A stretch of DNA of 64,000 nucleotides from Candidatus Poribacteria bacterium (lineage in GTDB: Bacteria > Poribacteria > WGA-4E > WGA-3G): NCBI GenBank assembly GCA_965215265.1, contig OZ244048.1, forward strand, positions 3,872,001 through 3,936,000. The letters run 5' to 3'. The notes below the pieces were generated by a model that was not told where the DNA came from, ran no database searches, and worked only from the letters and a program-made list of their open reading frames with translations. Below are positions 20,442 to 30,793 of this stretch, piece by piece; position 1 is the stretch's first letter; each line of letters starts with the position of its first letter. The position numbers and the translations under genes were made by a program.

Positions 20442-22547
20442 TTAAAATGTGCGTTCAATACCGTAAGCAATTTTAGGTTTCAGCGATGGTGGCGCGGGGG
20501 CATCAAACGGGAAAGCGAGCTCAATACGAAAAATCCCAGCCCCACTAACACGCGTGAAACTCCCCCGGATTCCGAAACCAACACTTCGCTTCGGTTCACT
20601 CAGATTGAACGTCCGCTTGCCGTTCCAGATGTAGCCGATGTCCGCAAACGCCGTGGCACTCAAGACGAGCCCGAGATTAACCTCATTTTTGATAAACGGC
20701 CGGACACAGAACGTAGCGATAGCATCGATGCCTTGATTTAAGCCTCGGAAAAAGGTGCCGCCAAGAACGGTTCTGGATTCAAGACTTAGCAACATCATTT
20801 TTTCGCCGTTAAACTGCCGATATGTGTAACCACGTAGCCCGTTAAAAGTGCCGAGGAAGACCTGGCTCTCTCCGCTCCACCCAAACTGCATTTCCGTTTT
20901 AAATTGTGCAACGAACGTCTGATGAAAGTCGAAAAGACCGTTATCTCTAAAACCGCTTTCGAGGGTATACATGTCCCCCGTATTGAAGACATCGGTATAA
21001 AACAGCGAGGTGCGTGCTTGAAAAATAGGACGTTCAATGCGGCTTGTGAAATTTGTGCTCAGCGCAACTTCGCTTGTCCCAAGAAGCCAATCTCCCTGCA
21101 GCCAACCAGAGTATAACGCGAGCTCAACTGAAGATTCCGACCGGTCAGAGCCGTATAAAGGGGATGCGTGTCCAATAGAGAGCCCATATTGAGAACCGAC
21201 GAAAAAATCTTCAACCGAACCCATCCGTCTAATGAACCGAGTCTGATGATACGCCACGTGTTTTCGTCCCACTGTAAACCCAACCCGTTTGATGTCGCGA
21301 TTAACCGGTGCAGCCGCAGAGGCCCCTGACTTACCAATCAGTAAGTATTTTGAACGTTTTGACACTGTCCAAAGCCCCACGTAAATTTGCTGCTGCCGGC
21401 CACCGAAGTACCGGCGAACAGAGCCGGATGCACCGTGTACATTTCGTTCAAATATATCTGTTTTTTTTCCAGATTCATACCACGATACCTCATCAACCGA
21501 TTCTGATAGTCCAAAGCTCGCACTCCACCGGCTTTTCAGCGTATATTGCGGTCGTTCTAACAAAACAACCCAGGAGTCGCCCTCGCGTTTCTGAATGTAT
21601 TCCCCATCAAAATTCCACCGTGACTCGAAAACCCGTGGCACCTCATACTTCCCCCAGAACCGGCTGCGCGTTTTATCATCACCTTCGCTGACGCGTTCAT
21701 ACCGTAATTGTACGCCTTGGCCGGACCCAAATAGATTCGACTCCCTAATTTGTGCAAATAGATAGCGCCGCTCACTGTTCAGATACTGACTCGGATCCAG
21801 TGCAGGAAGTAAAGTCGGCAACAAGTCTACTACGATGACGTTGACTGAGACAGTCTGTTGCTGCTCATTCCACCCCGCATGAATTTTGGTATCGCCCAGG
21901 TACGCTTTCTGTCGAAGAATTCGTTCACTCTCCTCTTTATCCGCCTCCGTATAGACATCTCCAACTTCAAACAGAAGTTCACGAAGAATAACCTCCGTTT
22001 TCGTTTTCTCCTCGCCAGATACGCTAATCTGCCCGATAAGCCCCTCATCTATTACAATACCAATATAGATGCCATCGGAAAATTTTTTTACGGTGAATTG
22101 CTCCTTAGGAACGCGGGCAAATCGGAAGCCTTTCTCCCGGTAGAACTGTTCAATCGCTTCAAAATCCTGGTGTAATACAGCTTCATCATAAAGAGCCCAT
22201 ACATCTGTCTTCATGAGTGCACGAATTTGATAGTCCGGTAAGGAATGATTACCTGTAATCACAAGACTCCGGACAGTGTTTCCTTCACTAGCCACTTCTT
22301 TCTGTTCCGGCAGCTCGCCGACACCTAAAGAAAGCGAAGGATTGAGGAGGATAAAAAAGAATAAACAGATACAAAAAATTCTGAAGTTGTAACGTTGCAA
22401 AGAGAAAACGGACCCAGTGTCAAGTCTATGTGTAGGGGTAAGAGAATCCCGACGTGTTGAAAGGCGCTTCATAACCTTAGAGATTGTACAACATCTTAAC
22501 CATTTTGCGAAACCCTTCAACTTTCCGTGTGGTTTATATCGGGACAT
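20442..22547 (-). CDS. Omp85/BamA-family outer-membrane protein with POTRA domains
   Basis: POTRA motifs (FYREKGF, VILRELLFEVGD), ESNLFGSG, GLRGY, terminal Phe. Start uncertain. Confidence 0.85.
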   Translation of the reverse strand: MSRYKPHGKLKGFAKWLRCCTISKVMKRLSTRRDSLTPTHRLDTGSVFSLQRYNFRIFCICLFFFILLNPSLSLGVGELPEQKEVASEGNTVRSLVITGNHSLPDYQIRALMKTDVWALYDEAVLHQDFEAIEQFYREKGFRFARVPKEQFTVKKFSDGIYIGIVIDEGLIGQISVSGEEKTKTEVILRELLFEVGDVYTEADKEESERILRQKAYLGDTKIHAGWNEQQQTVSVNVIVVDLLPTLLPALDPSQYLNSERRYLFAQIRESNLFGSGQGVQLRYERVSEGDDKTRSRFWGKYEVPRVFESRWNFDGEYIQKREGDSWVVLLERPQYTLKSRWSASFGLSESVDEVSWYESGKKTDIFERNVHGASGSVRRYFGGRQQQIYVGLWTVSKRSKYLLIGKSGASAAAPVNRDIKRVGFTVGRKHVAYHQTRFIRRMGSVEDFFVGSQYGLSIGHASPLYGSDRSESSVELALYSGWLQGDWLLGTSEVALSTNFTSRIERPIFQARTSLFYTDVFNTGDMYTLESGFRDNGLFDFHQTFVAQFKTEMQFGWSGESQVFLGTFNGLRGYTYRQFNGEKMMLLSLESRTVLGGTFFRGLNQGIDAIATFCVRPFIKNEVNLGLVLSATAFADIGYIWNGKRTFNLSEPKRSVGFGIRGSFTRVSGAGIFRIELAFPFDAPAPPSLKPKIAYGIERTF

Positions 22548-22622
22548 TATGCGTCACCTGCGGTGAGTGTCCGCTTACTTTCTTTCTTCCGATTTGACAG
22601 AACATCGCTTGGAATTTGCTTG

Positions 22623-24764
22623 CTAATTGGGTTCTCTTTTGCCGTTTATGCTTGAGACAAAACCTTCAATCAGGAGAAGACTGACGGCTAAAATAAGCAA
22701 TTCGCCCCAGATTTCTCTACCGTGCCGGTTCACATTATAAGCCTCACTTCCAACAACATCCTCATCTGTACTATGAGTCTGTGCATCGACACGCGCTGCT
22801 GTCTCCTGAAGGTCGATTTGAACTAAATCAGATTCAGCGGTATCAACGTTAACGGCGAAAAAGTCACGTTGAAGTCTGCCCTGCGTTTTTATTTCAAGTT
22901 GATATATCCCTGGGCGTTGTGCAATTTGAAAACGCAGCGTTCCATCCTCTGTAATCGGCACTACCGTTGAAGTGTCTAGACTGCGGTTTAACTCACCTGT
23001 TACTGCGTCATCAGCATCCGGGACGCGGCTGATTGTGGCTTTCGCACCTGCAGCGCGTCGATATGTGGCGATATAGGTTTCTCCGATATGCCAACTTTTA
23101 CGGGCTGCTTTCCTCGTGTAAAGCACACTCTGTTGGAGGAGCGGTAGAAAGTATGGATTGATTAGCAGCATTGCATCTGTTTCGTCTGTATCTCTCTGTA
23201 GGCTGCAGTTATAGAGTAACACCGCACTACCATTTCGGTTTCTCTTCTGTTCAATAAGAAAAGGTATTTCATGGCTACCCTGTTCTTGGAAATGCGCGAG
23301 GACCTCGGCTTCAGGCGAAGGATGTAGCGTCACACCGCTATAAAATTGGGGCGCGTACTGTGGGGAAAACCCTTCAGTCGGAAAAATGTCAAAGATTGCA
23401 TGCGTTTGTTGATACACGCCAACTTGTTGCGGTGTTGTCCAAGTTAGGGGGGTGCCAATGGTTGCAGGGAAGACATCCGCCAGTTGATTGTAACTTTTCG
23501 CATCGCTGCGCCGGCTGACAAATGCTATAATACCTTTGCCACCGCGAATGCACGCACGGAGCTGCTCCCCTATTTGTGCCGAAATCTTCGGTACGTCCCC
23601 GAGAATGATAACGTCATAATCCTCTATTGGAAACGTCTCAAACTCAGCGGGGGTACATTGCGTCGGTAAAATCATCGTGCCGTTGTCAGGATTTAACGCC
23701 AAGGCAAGGTATTGGGTTTGCTCGCCTACACACAAGACGCGCACCTCACCGAGTACCTCCACCGCAAAATAGCGTCGATTGTCGACATTGAGCCGGTCAG
23801 ATGTGAGTGTAAAATAGCCCGTATGTGTCCCTAGTGTAGAGAAAGTATATGTTGAGATATGCCTTGCGATATGCGCTTTGGAGTTTCTACCTAAATGCGA
23901 TTCATCTGCATTTGCGGAAACATTCATCGTTCTCCGTTTTTGCCCCCCGATAAACAACGTCAGTGTACTCTGCTCTAACGGAGCACCTGAATAATTGGTT
24001 GCAGTCACATTCAATTGGAGCGGTAAATTGACACCAATTAGTTGATTGGAAACCGAAATTGCTTCAATATTTGTGTTGTGTGCATCCTGTTTGGTCACCG
24101 GAATCAGAGAGATACTTGCCCCTGAACGGTTCGGAACGGCTTTTAAATCTTTCCAGCCATTCTGGGCGAAATCAGAGATGAGATAGAGTTCTTTGTTCAA
24201 CTCTTTGGAATCTGCAAGTATGTCATGTGCAAGTTCGAGACTCGGCGGTACGTTTGTCGTACGGTATGAGACTGTGGCTGCCTCAATTGCCCCTATAACT
24301 TGTGAGATATCGGGTGTCAGTTGGCGGAAAACAGGTTCCGGGGCATCGGACATTAAAATGAGCGAGGCACTATCGCCTTGTTGAAGGGAGCGGAGAACAT
24401 CAATGCCGAGTGCCTTGCCTTTATCAAACAGAACGCCATCAACCCCTTCATACCCCATACTATACGAATTGTCCAAAACGATAACGACATCGGTTTTGGC
24501 ACGGATTGCCGCTATCGGTAACCCGAACGTTAGAAATGGGCGTGCCAAAGCGAGCGCGAGCAGCGCCACAATTAACATCCGTAAAAGCAGAATTAGCAGA
24601 TTTTTGAGTTGAACGCGACGTACATTTTGGCGATGTGCCGCCATAAGAAACATGAGGCTACTAAAATCTATTGTCACGGCACGGCGACGACTCCACAGAT
24701 GGATAATTAACGGAATGCTAGCAGCGAGGAGACCAAAAAGGAAAAGTGGGTTGAGAAAAGCCAT
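22623..24764 (-). CDS. BatA-domain / VWA protein
   Basis: MAFLNP..IPLIIHL..FSSLMFL, LALARP, MIDAS DNSYSM, VDNRRY, AVNVDTAESDL. Confidence 0.88.
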   Translation of the reverse strand: MAFLNPLFLFGLLAASIPLIIHLWSRRRAVTIDFSSLMFLMAAHRQNVRRVQLKNLLILLLRMLIVALLALALARPFLTFGLPIAAIRAKTDVVIVLDNSYSMGYEGVDGVLFDKGKALGIDVLRSLQQGDSASLILMSDAPEPVFRQLTPDISQVIGAIEAATVSYRTTNVPPSLELAHDILADSKELNKELYLISDFAQNGWKDLKAVPNRSGASISLIPVTKQDAHNTNIEAISVSNQLIGVNLPLQLNVTATNYSGAPLEQSTLTLFIGGQKRRTMNVSANADESHLGRNSKAHIARHISTYTFSTLGTHTGYFTLTSDRLNVDNRRYFAVEVLGEVRVLCVGEQTQYLALALNPDNGTMILPTQCTPAEFETFPIEDYDVIILGDVPKISAQIGEQLRACIRGGKGIIAFVSRRSDAKSYNQLADVFPATIGTPLTWTTPQQVGVYQQTHAIFDIFPTEGFSPQYAPQFYSGVTLHPSPEAEVLAHFQEQGSHEIPFLIEQKRNRNGSAVLLYNCSLQRDTDETDAMLLINPYFLPLLQQSVLYTRKAARKSWHIGETYIATYRRAAGAKATISRVPDADDAVTGELNRSLDTSTVVPITEDGTLRFQIAQRPGIYQLEIKTQGRLQRDFFAVNVDTAESDLVQIDLQETAARVDAQTHSTDEDVVGSEAYNVNRHGREIWGELLILAVSLLLIEGFVSSINGKREPN

Positions 24765-24801
24765 ATTGAAAATGAAATAAAAAATGAATCCGTCCCAGTA
24801 G

Positions 24802-24901
24802 GTGGCAGGTAAAAGGGAAGGGAAGTTCTCCCCGCTCGCGGGGAGGAATCCCCTTTCTTATCTCTCCTGAAAGGAGAGATAAAGAATACCTATCCTGCCA
24901 C
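24802..24901 (+). repeat. Palindromic REP/MITE-like element, copy 1 (extended form)
   Basis: GTGGCAGG...CCTGCCAC ends, preceded by CCCAGTAG; extra inner hairpin. Confidence 0.85.
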
Positions 24902-25111
24902 TTTTTTTAAACTGATAACGGCGGTAGCTCTACCGCTACCATGAAACGCTTTTTCTTTAGTAAAACACTTTAGAGTGGCTTATGAAAACAGAGAGACATT
25001 GCGGCTCGCACGCCCTGCCCCGGAAGGCGAGGTTTCCAACCTCGCGAGTTACAATGTCCACGTCATTGTGAAATCCAATATAAAAAGGAGATAAATCGGG
25101 CTAATGTCGTA

Positions 25112-26638
25112 TTAATCAACAACGACAATTTCAAGTTGATTTAGTGTCCGGAGTACCTCCGTCGCGAATTCTGTCAGCGTATCGGACTCAAGGGTGCTAC
25201 CACCGAGTTGAATATGAGTTGCATCGGCCCTAACCTGACCCAACGTCGGATCCATCTGCACCCATCTGCCAACGTAAACCTCCGGCCAAAAGTGGTAATA
25301 GAACGCATTTCGCGAAAAGACAAGTCCTGAACAGATTCTTGCGGGGATGCCAACGGCACGCGCCAGCGCGATGAATAACACTGTGTGCTCCGTGCAATCT
25401 CCACTACCAGTTTTTAAGGCTGTCAGTGAGGAAGCGAAACCACCATTTATTTCTTTGTCCAAAATAGCAGCGTAAACCCATTCGCACAATTTCTTCGAGG
25501 CACGCCACGAATTGACTTCTGCTTCCAAGATTTCTAATGCCTTCGCGAGGATGGTTGGGTGTTCGGCTTGAATATACGCAGTTGCTGAGAGATACGGATC
25601 CAATTCTGAATTCTGAATAGGTAAATCTGGACAACTTTCAACGTCAACCGTCGGAATTTGAATTGAAACCGTCCCTGCCTGGTCTGAGGTTAGGTGCAGT
25701 TTCTGTCGAGAATTAGACATGATGGCATCGGCGACATTCCCCTTCGTGAGGCTCACCGCCGCTACCAGATGTGCTGCCTTAGGAGACGGACGTTTACCCG
25801 TGGCAAGAATACGTGTTCGTAAAATAACGTCAATTTCGCCAATATCGCCCAAGGCGCTCTCCTTATCCGTTTTCGTCGCTATCAATGACAGCCCCATTAG
25901 CGGTGTTTCCGTGCGGTATGTTACTTCTCCATCGCGCGAAGTCCACATACGTGTCGTAATCCCATCCATCATATCCAATGTCTGATCGATTATATAAACC
26001 TGTTTTTCCTCAGACTGATAGGTTATAGTCTCCTCAGCTACCACATGCAGTTCTGCTTTGATAGGTAGAAGCAGGTCGTAGCTAAATAAGTTAAACGTTT
26101 TTCTATCCCCAATTTCAAATTGCTTCTGACTGAGGAGCAACTGTGCGCCCACGAGCCCGGAAATCGTATTAGGTGGCAGCGGTATTTCGGATTCCGTGGT
26201 TTCGCCGTTAAGTATTGTCTTAATGTAAGCAACATTATCTAGAATGTGTCCCTCTACCTGTTTTAAGCCGGGCGTATTAGAGGTTGAACGGAAGTGGCGC
26301 GGCATTAAACGGGAATCCGTATACTCAACATACGTCATTTCAAGAGTCGTGTCTTTTCCGAGTGCTTTGAAACTCAGCAACATATCTGTCCGGTTTCGAA
26401 GCATGACTTCTCCTTGATACTCGGCCTTTTCAACGTATGTATGCATATAGCCGAGTTTAGTATTCATCAAGGAGAGGTTGTACCAACTCTCTTGGGGCTG
26501 TGATAGCATACTCTCAAAAGCATCATGTTCTACTGTGTCTGCTGCATAGACTGTTGCCGCGACAAAAATAGTTACCATGCAAAGCTTTGATAATATCATC
26601 TCTGTATGACTCCTTTGGTATGAATCTATTCTCGGCAA
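25112..26638 (-). CDS. Secreted transglutaminase-like domain protein
   Basis: Signal peptide; catalytic triad motifs GDCTEH, YHFWPEV, MDPT. Confidence 0.88.
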   Translation of the reverse strand: MPRIDSYQRSHTEMILSKLCMVTIFVAATVYAADTVEHDAFESMLSQPQESWYNLSLMNTKLGYMHTYVEKAEYQGEVMLRNRTDMLLSFKALGKDTTLEMTYVEYTDSRLMPRHFRSTSNTPGLKQVEGHILDNVAYIKTILNGETTESEIPLPPNTISGLVGAQLLLSQKQFEIGDRKTFNLFSYDLLLPIKAELHVVAEETITYQSEEKQVYIIDQTLDMMDGITTRMWTSRDGEVTYRTETPLMGLSLIATKTDKESALGDIGEIDVILRTRILATGKRPSPKAAHLVAAVSLTKGNVADAIMSNSRQKLHLTSDQAGTVSIQIPTVDVESCPDLPIQNSELDPYLSATAYIQAEHPTILAKALEILEAEVNSWRASKKLCEWVYAAILDKEINGGFASSLTALKTGSGDCTEHTVLFIALARAVGIPARICSGLVFSRNAFYYHFWPEVYVGRWVQMDPTLGQVRADATHIQLGGSTLESDTLTEFATEVLRTLNQLEIVVVD

Positions 26639-26697
26639 AGTTAGCTAGTCAGTCAGTTCTGTTTAATTATACCCAATCTACCTGCCTATAGTCAAGT

Positions 26698-27279
26698 TTA
26701 CTCGTGATTCTTAAATGCCATTGCAACCGTATGTGTGTGTCGCTGTTTAACTTTCCGGTAGTTCCCAAAAATGTTCCGGAAATTCCGTTTGATAAAGTCC
26801 CGAATCCCTGAAATCGTCACAACATAGAGTTGTCCACCAGGGTTGAGATGCACTTTTGCATCGTTTAGGAAAATTTGAAAGAGCTCTTTACCGACATTCG
26901 CAGGCAAATTGGATACAATCAGATCAAACTTGATATCGGAGAGATGGCTAAACCCGTTGCTCAAACGAACGTGACAGTTCTGAAGTCCGTTCTGTTGGAC
27001 GTTTTTGCGGGCGTAATCTATCGCGATGAAGTCTTTATCCACCATATAGACAGTAGCGTTCTGTCTGCATTTTGCAATTGTTACACCGATAGCCCCATAT
27101 CCACATCCAAGGTCAAGGCAGGTATCACTATCGCGCAGCTCTAAATTTTCGATAAGCAGCCGTGTTCCTGCATCAATTGCTTTGGGCGAGAAAAGTCCCC
27201 AGGTTGTGTAAAAGATTAACGGTACTCCGCGGCATTCAGCGTTGAACCTAATTTTTCGCGCCGGTATTTCTATTGCCAT
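26698..27279 (-). CDS. Class I SAM methyltransferase (RsmC/MTS-like)
   Basis: GLFSPKAIDAGT, LDLGCGYG, SNLP. Confidence 0.88.
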   Translation of the reverse strand: MAIEIPARKIRFNAECRGVPLIFYTTWGLFSPKAIDAGTRLLIENLELRDSDTCLDLGCGYGAIGVTIAKCRQNATVYMVDKDFIAIDYARKNVQQNGLQNCHVRLSNGFSHLSDIKFDLIVSNLPANVGKELFQIFLNDAKVHLNPGGQLYVVTISGIRDFIKRNFRNIFGNYRKVKQRHTHTVAMAFKNHE

Positions 27280-28241
27280 TTTATCAGAACTCCGAGTGTT
27301 TTCCCGGGCGAATTCCAGAGCAAATCAAACGCCGCTTTCGCATCCGTATAGTGAAACCGGTGCATAATCATCTCTGCTGGACGAATATCACCGTGCCGTA
27401 TCTTTTGCAAAGCACGCGTAGCAATCTGTGAACGAGGCTCCTTGGTTAAGATACCGGCAACAAGCCGTTTGCTCATCATTTTTGACGAATGTAGAGGGAG
27501 CGGTTTTTGCTGATAGAGCGCAATCAACTGGATTGTTCCCATTTGCCGTGTCATTTCCTGTGCTTGTTCAAACGATGTCACCCCTGCATAACCGCCAACA
27601 CAGTCTATCACCAGCTCAGCCCCTTTTCCGTCTGTGAGCCGTTGGACTGCTTGGACCGGGTCAACTTCTGTGGCATTGACCGTCTCGTCGGCACCGAGTT
27701 GTATTGACAATTCACACCGAAAGGGTAGGGCATCAACCGTGATAATTCGTGCCGGGTTGTAGCTGCGCATGACTTGCATCATTAAACTGCCGACTAATCC
27801 TTGCCCTAAAACCACGACGGTATCGCCGGGCTTAACACCGGATGAATCTGCCCAAGCGACGGCACTCGTGGCAAGCGGGAGGAATGTGCCTTCTTCAAAA
27901 GAGACATCATCAAGGAGACGGACAATACGCCCATCAGTTTCGATGGGTTCTGCAATCGCGTATTGGGCATGCGGTGCCACAACCATGACGCGCTCATCGA
28001 CACAATAATTTGTGACTTCTGCACCGGCAGCCTCGACGGTACCAGTGAGGGAGTAACCCATAATTGATGGCGGAACCGCCTCTTCTCGAATGTAACGCCG
28101 AAAGAGTTCAGAACCGCGGCTGATTAAGGTAGTATCCGTCTTTACAAGCATCTGTCGCGGCGTTATGGTTGGTACCGGCACTTCTTCGAGTTGGATGTTG
28201 CCGAATCCTTGTGGTTTTGTTACGCGAATCATTTTTCCCAT
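27270..28241 (-). CDS. Zinc-binding (MDR) dehydrogenase family protein
   Basis: LISRGSE, GYSLTG, GQGLVG. Confidence 0.85.
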   Translation of the reverse strand: MGKMIRVTKPQGFGNIQLEEVPVPTITPRQMLVKTDTTLISRGSELFRRYIREEAVPPSIMGYSLTGTVEAAGAEVTNYCVDERVMVVAPHAQYAIAEPIETDGRIVRLLDDVSFEEGTFLPLATSAVAWADSSGVKPGDTVVVLGQGLVGSLMMQVMRSYNPARIITVDALPFRCELSIQLGADETVNATEVDPVQAVQRLTDGKGAELVIDCVGGYAGVTSFEQAQEMTRQMGTIQLIALYQQKPLPLHSSKMMSKRLVAGILTKEPRSQIATRALQKIRHGDIRPAEMIMHRFHYTDAKAAFDLLWNSPGKTLGVLIKWQ

Positions 28242-28265
28242 TTTTTTATCCCTTGATTGGCTAAA

Positions 28266-28323
28266 GTGGCAGGATAGGTATTCTTTCTCTGTCCATGAGA
28301 GAAGATTACCTTTTACCTGCCAC
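28266..28323 (-). repeat. Palindromic REP/MITE-like element, copy 2
   Basis: 58 bp; reverse complement nearly identical to 53599-53656. Confidence 0.9.
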
Positions 28324-28411
28324 CCACTGGGCCGATTAGCATCTACGTCTCACCATTTTTGGACTTATACACCATGAGATGGCGCATATAGGAATATCAC
28401 AAGACGTTCGT

Positions 28412-29833
28412 CTATGGCTGCAACCGTTCAACTAACTCTTCTCGTGTGACCGGTTCATCAAAAGCCATCAGATAAATATGGAACGTGTCGCTTCTGTCTG
28501 AAACGTAAACCAGGTAGCGTCCATCAGGCGAGAAAGCAGGTTGAATAGATACGCCAATGTCCCCGGTGATGCGCCGCTCATTCTTGCCATCAGCATCAAT
28601 GAGATAAATCTCCATGTCGCCATCCCGCGCAGAGACATAAGCGATTGTTTTTCCATCGGGTGAGACAGTCGGGTTGTAACAATCGTAACGAGTCGCATTC
28701 GGTATCAATATCGGCTTTTCATTTTGTCCATCAATCTCTATCGTATAGAGTTGATTCACCTCATTCCTTGAGGAGACAAATACAATTCTCTGACCGTCTG
28801 GAAAAAACGCAGGACTCCCGTCATCCGTTTCATTGTAAGTGATGCGCTTCGGTTCAACATGAGCTGGTGTGAGCTGGGCAAGGTTGAGACCTGCCAAATC
28901 CAGCAGATATAATTCAAGGTTACCGTCCGCGTTTGATTCGTAAACCACTTGGTCCCCAGCAGGTGAAGTGCGCGGTACGCGCGCACCGAAACTGACAGGT
29001 AACACCGGAACGGTGGTTTTGCTGTGGATATGCGTTACGTTGAACCCTGCATAAATCGGGGTTGAACCGCTGCTCTGGATGACAACTTTAACTTCACGCG
29101 ATGATTTCGGTTCACTACTATAGAATAGATAATAGGGGGTTTTCAGAAACGCCGGGGAACTATCGTTAAAGTCTGTCGTAAAAGTCACCCGCTGCCGGAT
29201 ACGGCCATTCATATCCATTAGGTAGATCTCGCCGTTGTCACGCCGGAATGATGCAAAGGCGATTTGCGTACCATCCGGTGAGAATGTTGGTGAGTAGTTA
29301 TCCGAATCGCCGTGCGTCAGCTGCTTTACTTTGTAAGTATCGCCCACGAGCGCAGTAATCTCATCCAATACATCTGTATCCGAGGTACCGTGCAGAATGA
29401 CCCTGAGTACGCGAAACGCAGAATCTCTATCACCGAATTTAAGGTATGTGCGTGCTAAACTGAGACGGGCTTCAACACGCTTTGCAGGTTGCGCCGCATA
29501 GAATTGAGAAGCGAGTCGAAACTGATCTATCGCATCATTATAACGTCCCAATTCATCGTATGCGATACCGAGCAACATCCGTGCTTTTGGATGTTCCGGT
29601 TCGGTTTCAATGAACACCGTTAACGAGTCTACCGCGGCATGTGTCATGCCTGCTTGAAGCAGTTTTTCGCTTTTTTCAAGGTGCCGGTTTACGTTTTGGC
29701 ACCCCATTACGCACATGCCGGTAATAAACATAGTGCTTATGATGTAGAAACCGAATCTATCGTGCGCACGGGTGCATAATTTCAAGTTTATTTTCGTGAT
29801 ATGCCTAAAGGCATTAAAGGCGAGAGATAACAT
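28412..29833 (-). CDS. TPR + PD40 (TolB-like) protein, probable lipoprotein
   Basis: VMGC lipobox, TPR helices, repeated PTFSPDG/PAFSPDG. True start is probably near 29731. Confidence 0.85.
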   Translation of the reverse strand: MLSLAFNAFRHITKINLKLCTRAHDRFGFYIISTMFITGMCVMGCQNVNRHLEKSEKLLQAGMTHAAVDSLTVFIETEPEHPKARMLLGIAYDELGRYNDAIDQFRLASQFYAAQPAKRVEARLSLARTYLKFGDRDSAFRVLRVILHGTSDTDVLDEITALVGDTYKVKQLTHGDSDNYSPTFSPDGTQIAFASFRRDNGEIYLMDMNGRIRQRVTFTTDFNDSSPAFLKTPYYLFYSSEPKSSREVKVVIQSSGSTPIYAGFNVTHIHSKTTVPVLPVSFGARVPRTSPAGDQVVYESNADGNLELYLLDLAGLNLAQLTPAHVEPKRITYNETDDGSPAFFPDGQRIVFVSSRNEVNQLYTIEIDGQNEKPILIPNATRYDCYNPTVSPDGKTIAYVSARDGDMEIYLIDADGKNERRITGDIGVSIQPAFSPDGRYLVYVSDRSDTFHIYLMAFDEPVTREELVERLQP

Positions 29834-29859
29834 ATGCAGAAGATTGGAATCATTTCTTG

Positions 29860-30318
29860 TTACTTAGGTCTTTCGCGCCGGCCGCGCCAAGCATCACCGA
29901 TCGCATACAGCCAACAGAGCCCTGCTTGTACGAGAGCACTGATTTTCAATTTCCAAGTAGGACGGTACATCAACTTTTCACCGTCGTCAAACGTCCAGAT
30001 GTGAATCGCATAGCGGGTATCTTGCTGTGAAGTAGTGTCCGGACGAGAAGTCTCGCCGATAGCATCCTCATCACTGCTCCTGATGGCGGTTTCCGCTTTA
30101 GGCTTAAAGCGTGTTAAATCACCCCAGTCCCTTACAGGCAATGAGTTAATATAGAAGATAACGGCTGCAGAAGCAAAAGTGAAGAGGAGAATTGTGCCTT
30201 TCACACCCTGGTTTAAGTAGAGCTGCCCGAGCCCCGGCAGAATCGCTGACAAAGCCGCCGCAAGATAGGAACGGGCCAGCTTAGAATTCTTGATCTGATT
30301 GTGTTGCATCCACACCAT
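29860..30318 (-). CDS. Small membrane protein (SAILPGLGQLY family)
   Basis: LSAILPGLGQLY...WLYAIGDAW. Confidence 0.7.
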   Translation of the reverse strand: MVWMQHNQIKNSKLARSYLAAALSAILPGLGQLYLNQGVKGTILLFTFASAAVIFYINSLPVRDWGDLTRFKPKAETAIRSSDEDAIGETSRPDTTSQQDTRYAIHIWTFDDGEKLMYRPTWKLKISALVQAGLCWLYAIGDAWRGRRERPK

Positions 30319-30378
30319 CCAAAGATATGTGATATCTAATGGTAAACCCTCAGAAATTCTTTCGTCGCAATCTCACGT

Positions 30379-30768
30379 TTAGGTCCATTTGCCTTGTGCT
30401 ACAAGGTATACCCCGAGACAAATAATCAAAGCACCGAGTACGCGAACTTTAGGGATCGCCTCTTTGAATATCATCCAGGAAAACAGAATTGACAAGACAT
30501 ACCCTAAACTCAGCATCGGATAGGCAATACTGAGTTTAATCCGGGAGAGGATAACTAGCCAAACGAGCGTGGTGAATCCGTATATGGCAATTCCACTGAG
30601 GATATAGGGATTGAAGAGTGCCTGCGTCAGCTTCGGGATCAGGTCCTTAACTTTTTCCACACGTCCGACGGTGTTCATCCCCTGCTTGAATAGGATTTGC
30701 CCTATCACAGTGAGTAAAACATTAAAGAATAGCATCAAAAAATCTTTCATAATAGTATCATACCACAC
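30379..30768 (-). CDS. EamA/SMR (ArnE/F-like) transporter
   Basis: GQILFKQG, LSIAYPMLS; four TM helices. Confidence 0.85.
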   Translation of the reverse strand: MWYDTIMKDFLMLFFNVLLTVIGQILFKQGMNTVGRVEKVKDLIPKLTQALFNPYILSGIAIYGFTTLVWLVILSRIKLSIAYPMLSLGYVLSILFSWMIFKEAIPKVRVLGALIICLGVYLVAQGKWT

Positions 30769-30793
30769 CTTGATGTTTTTTGCAATTTTTTCT

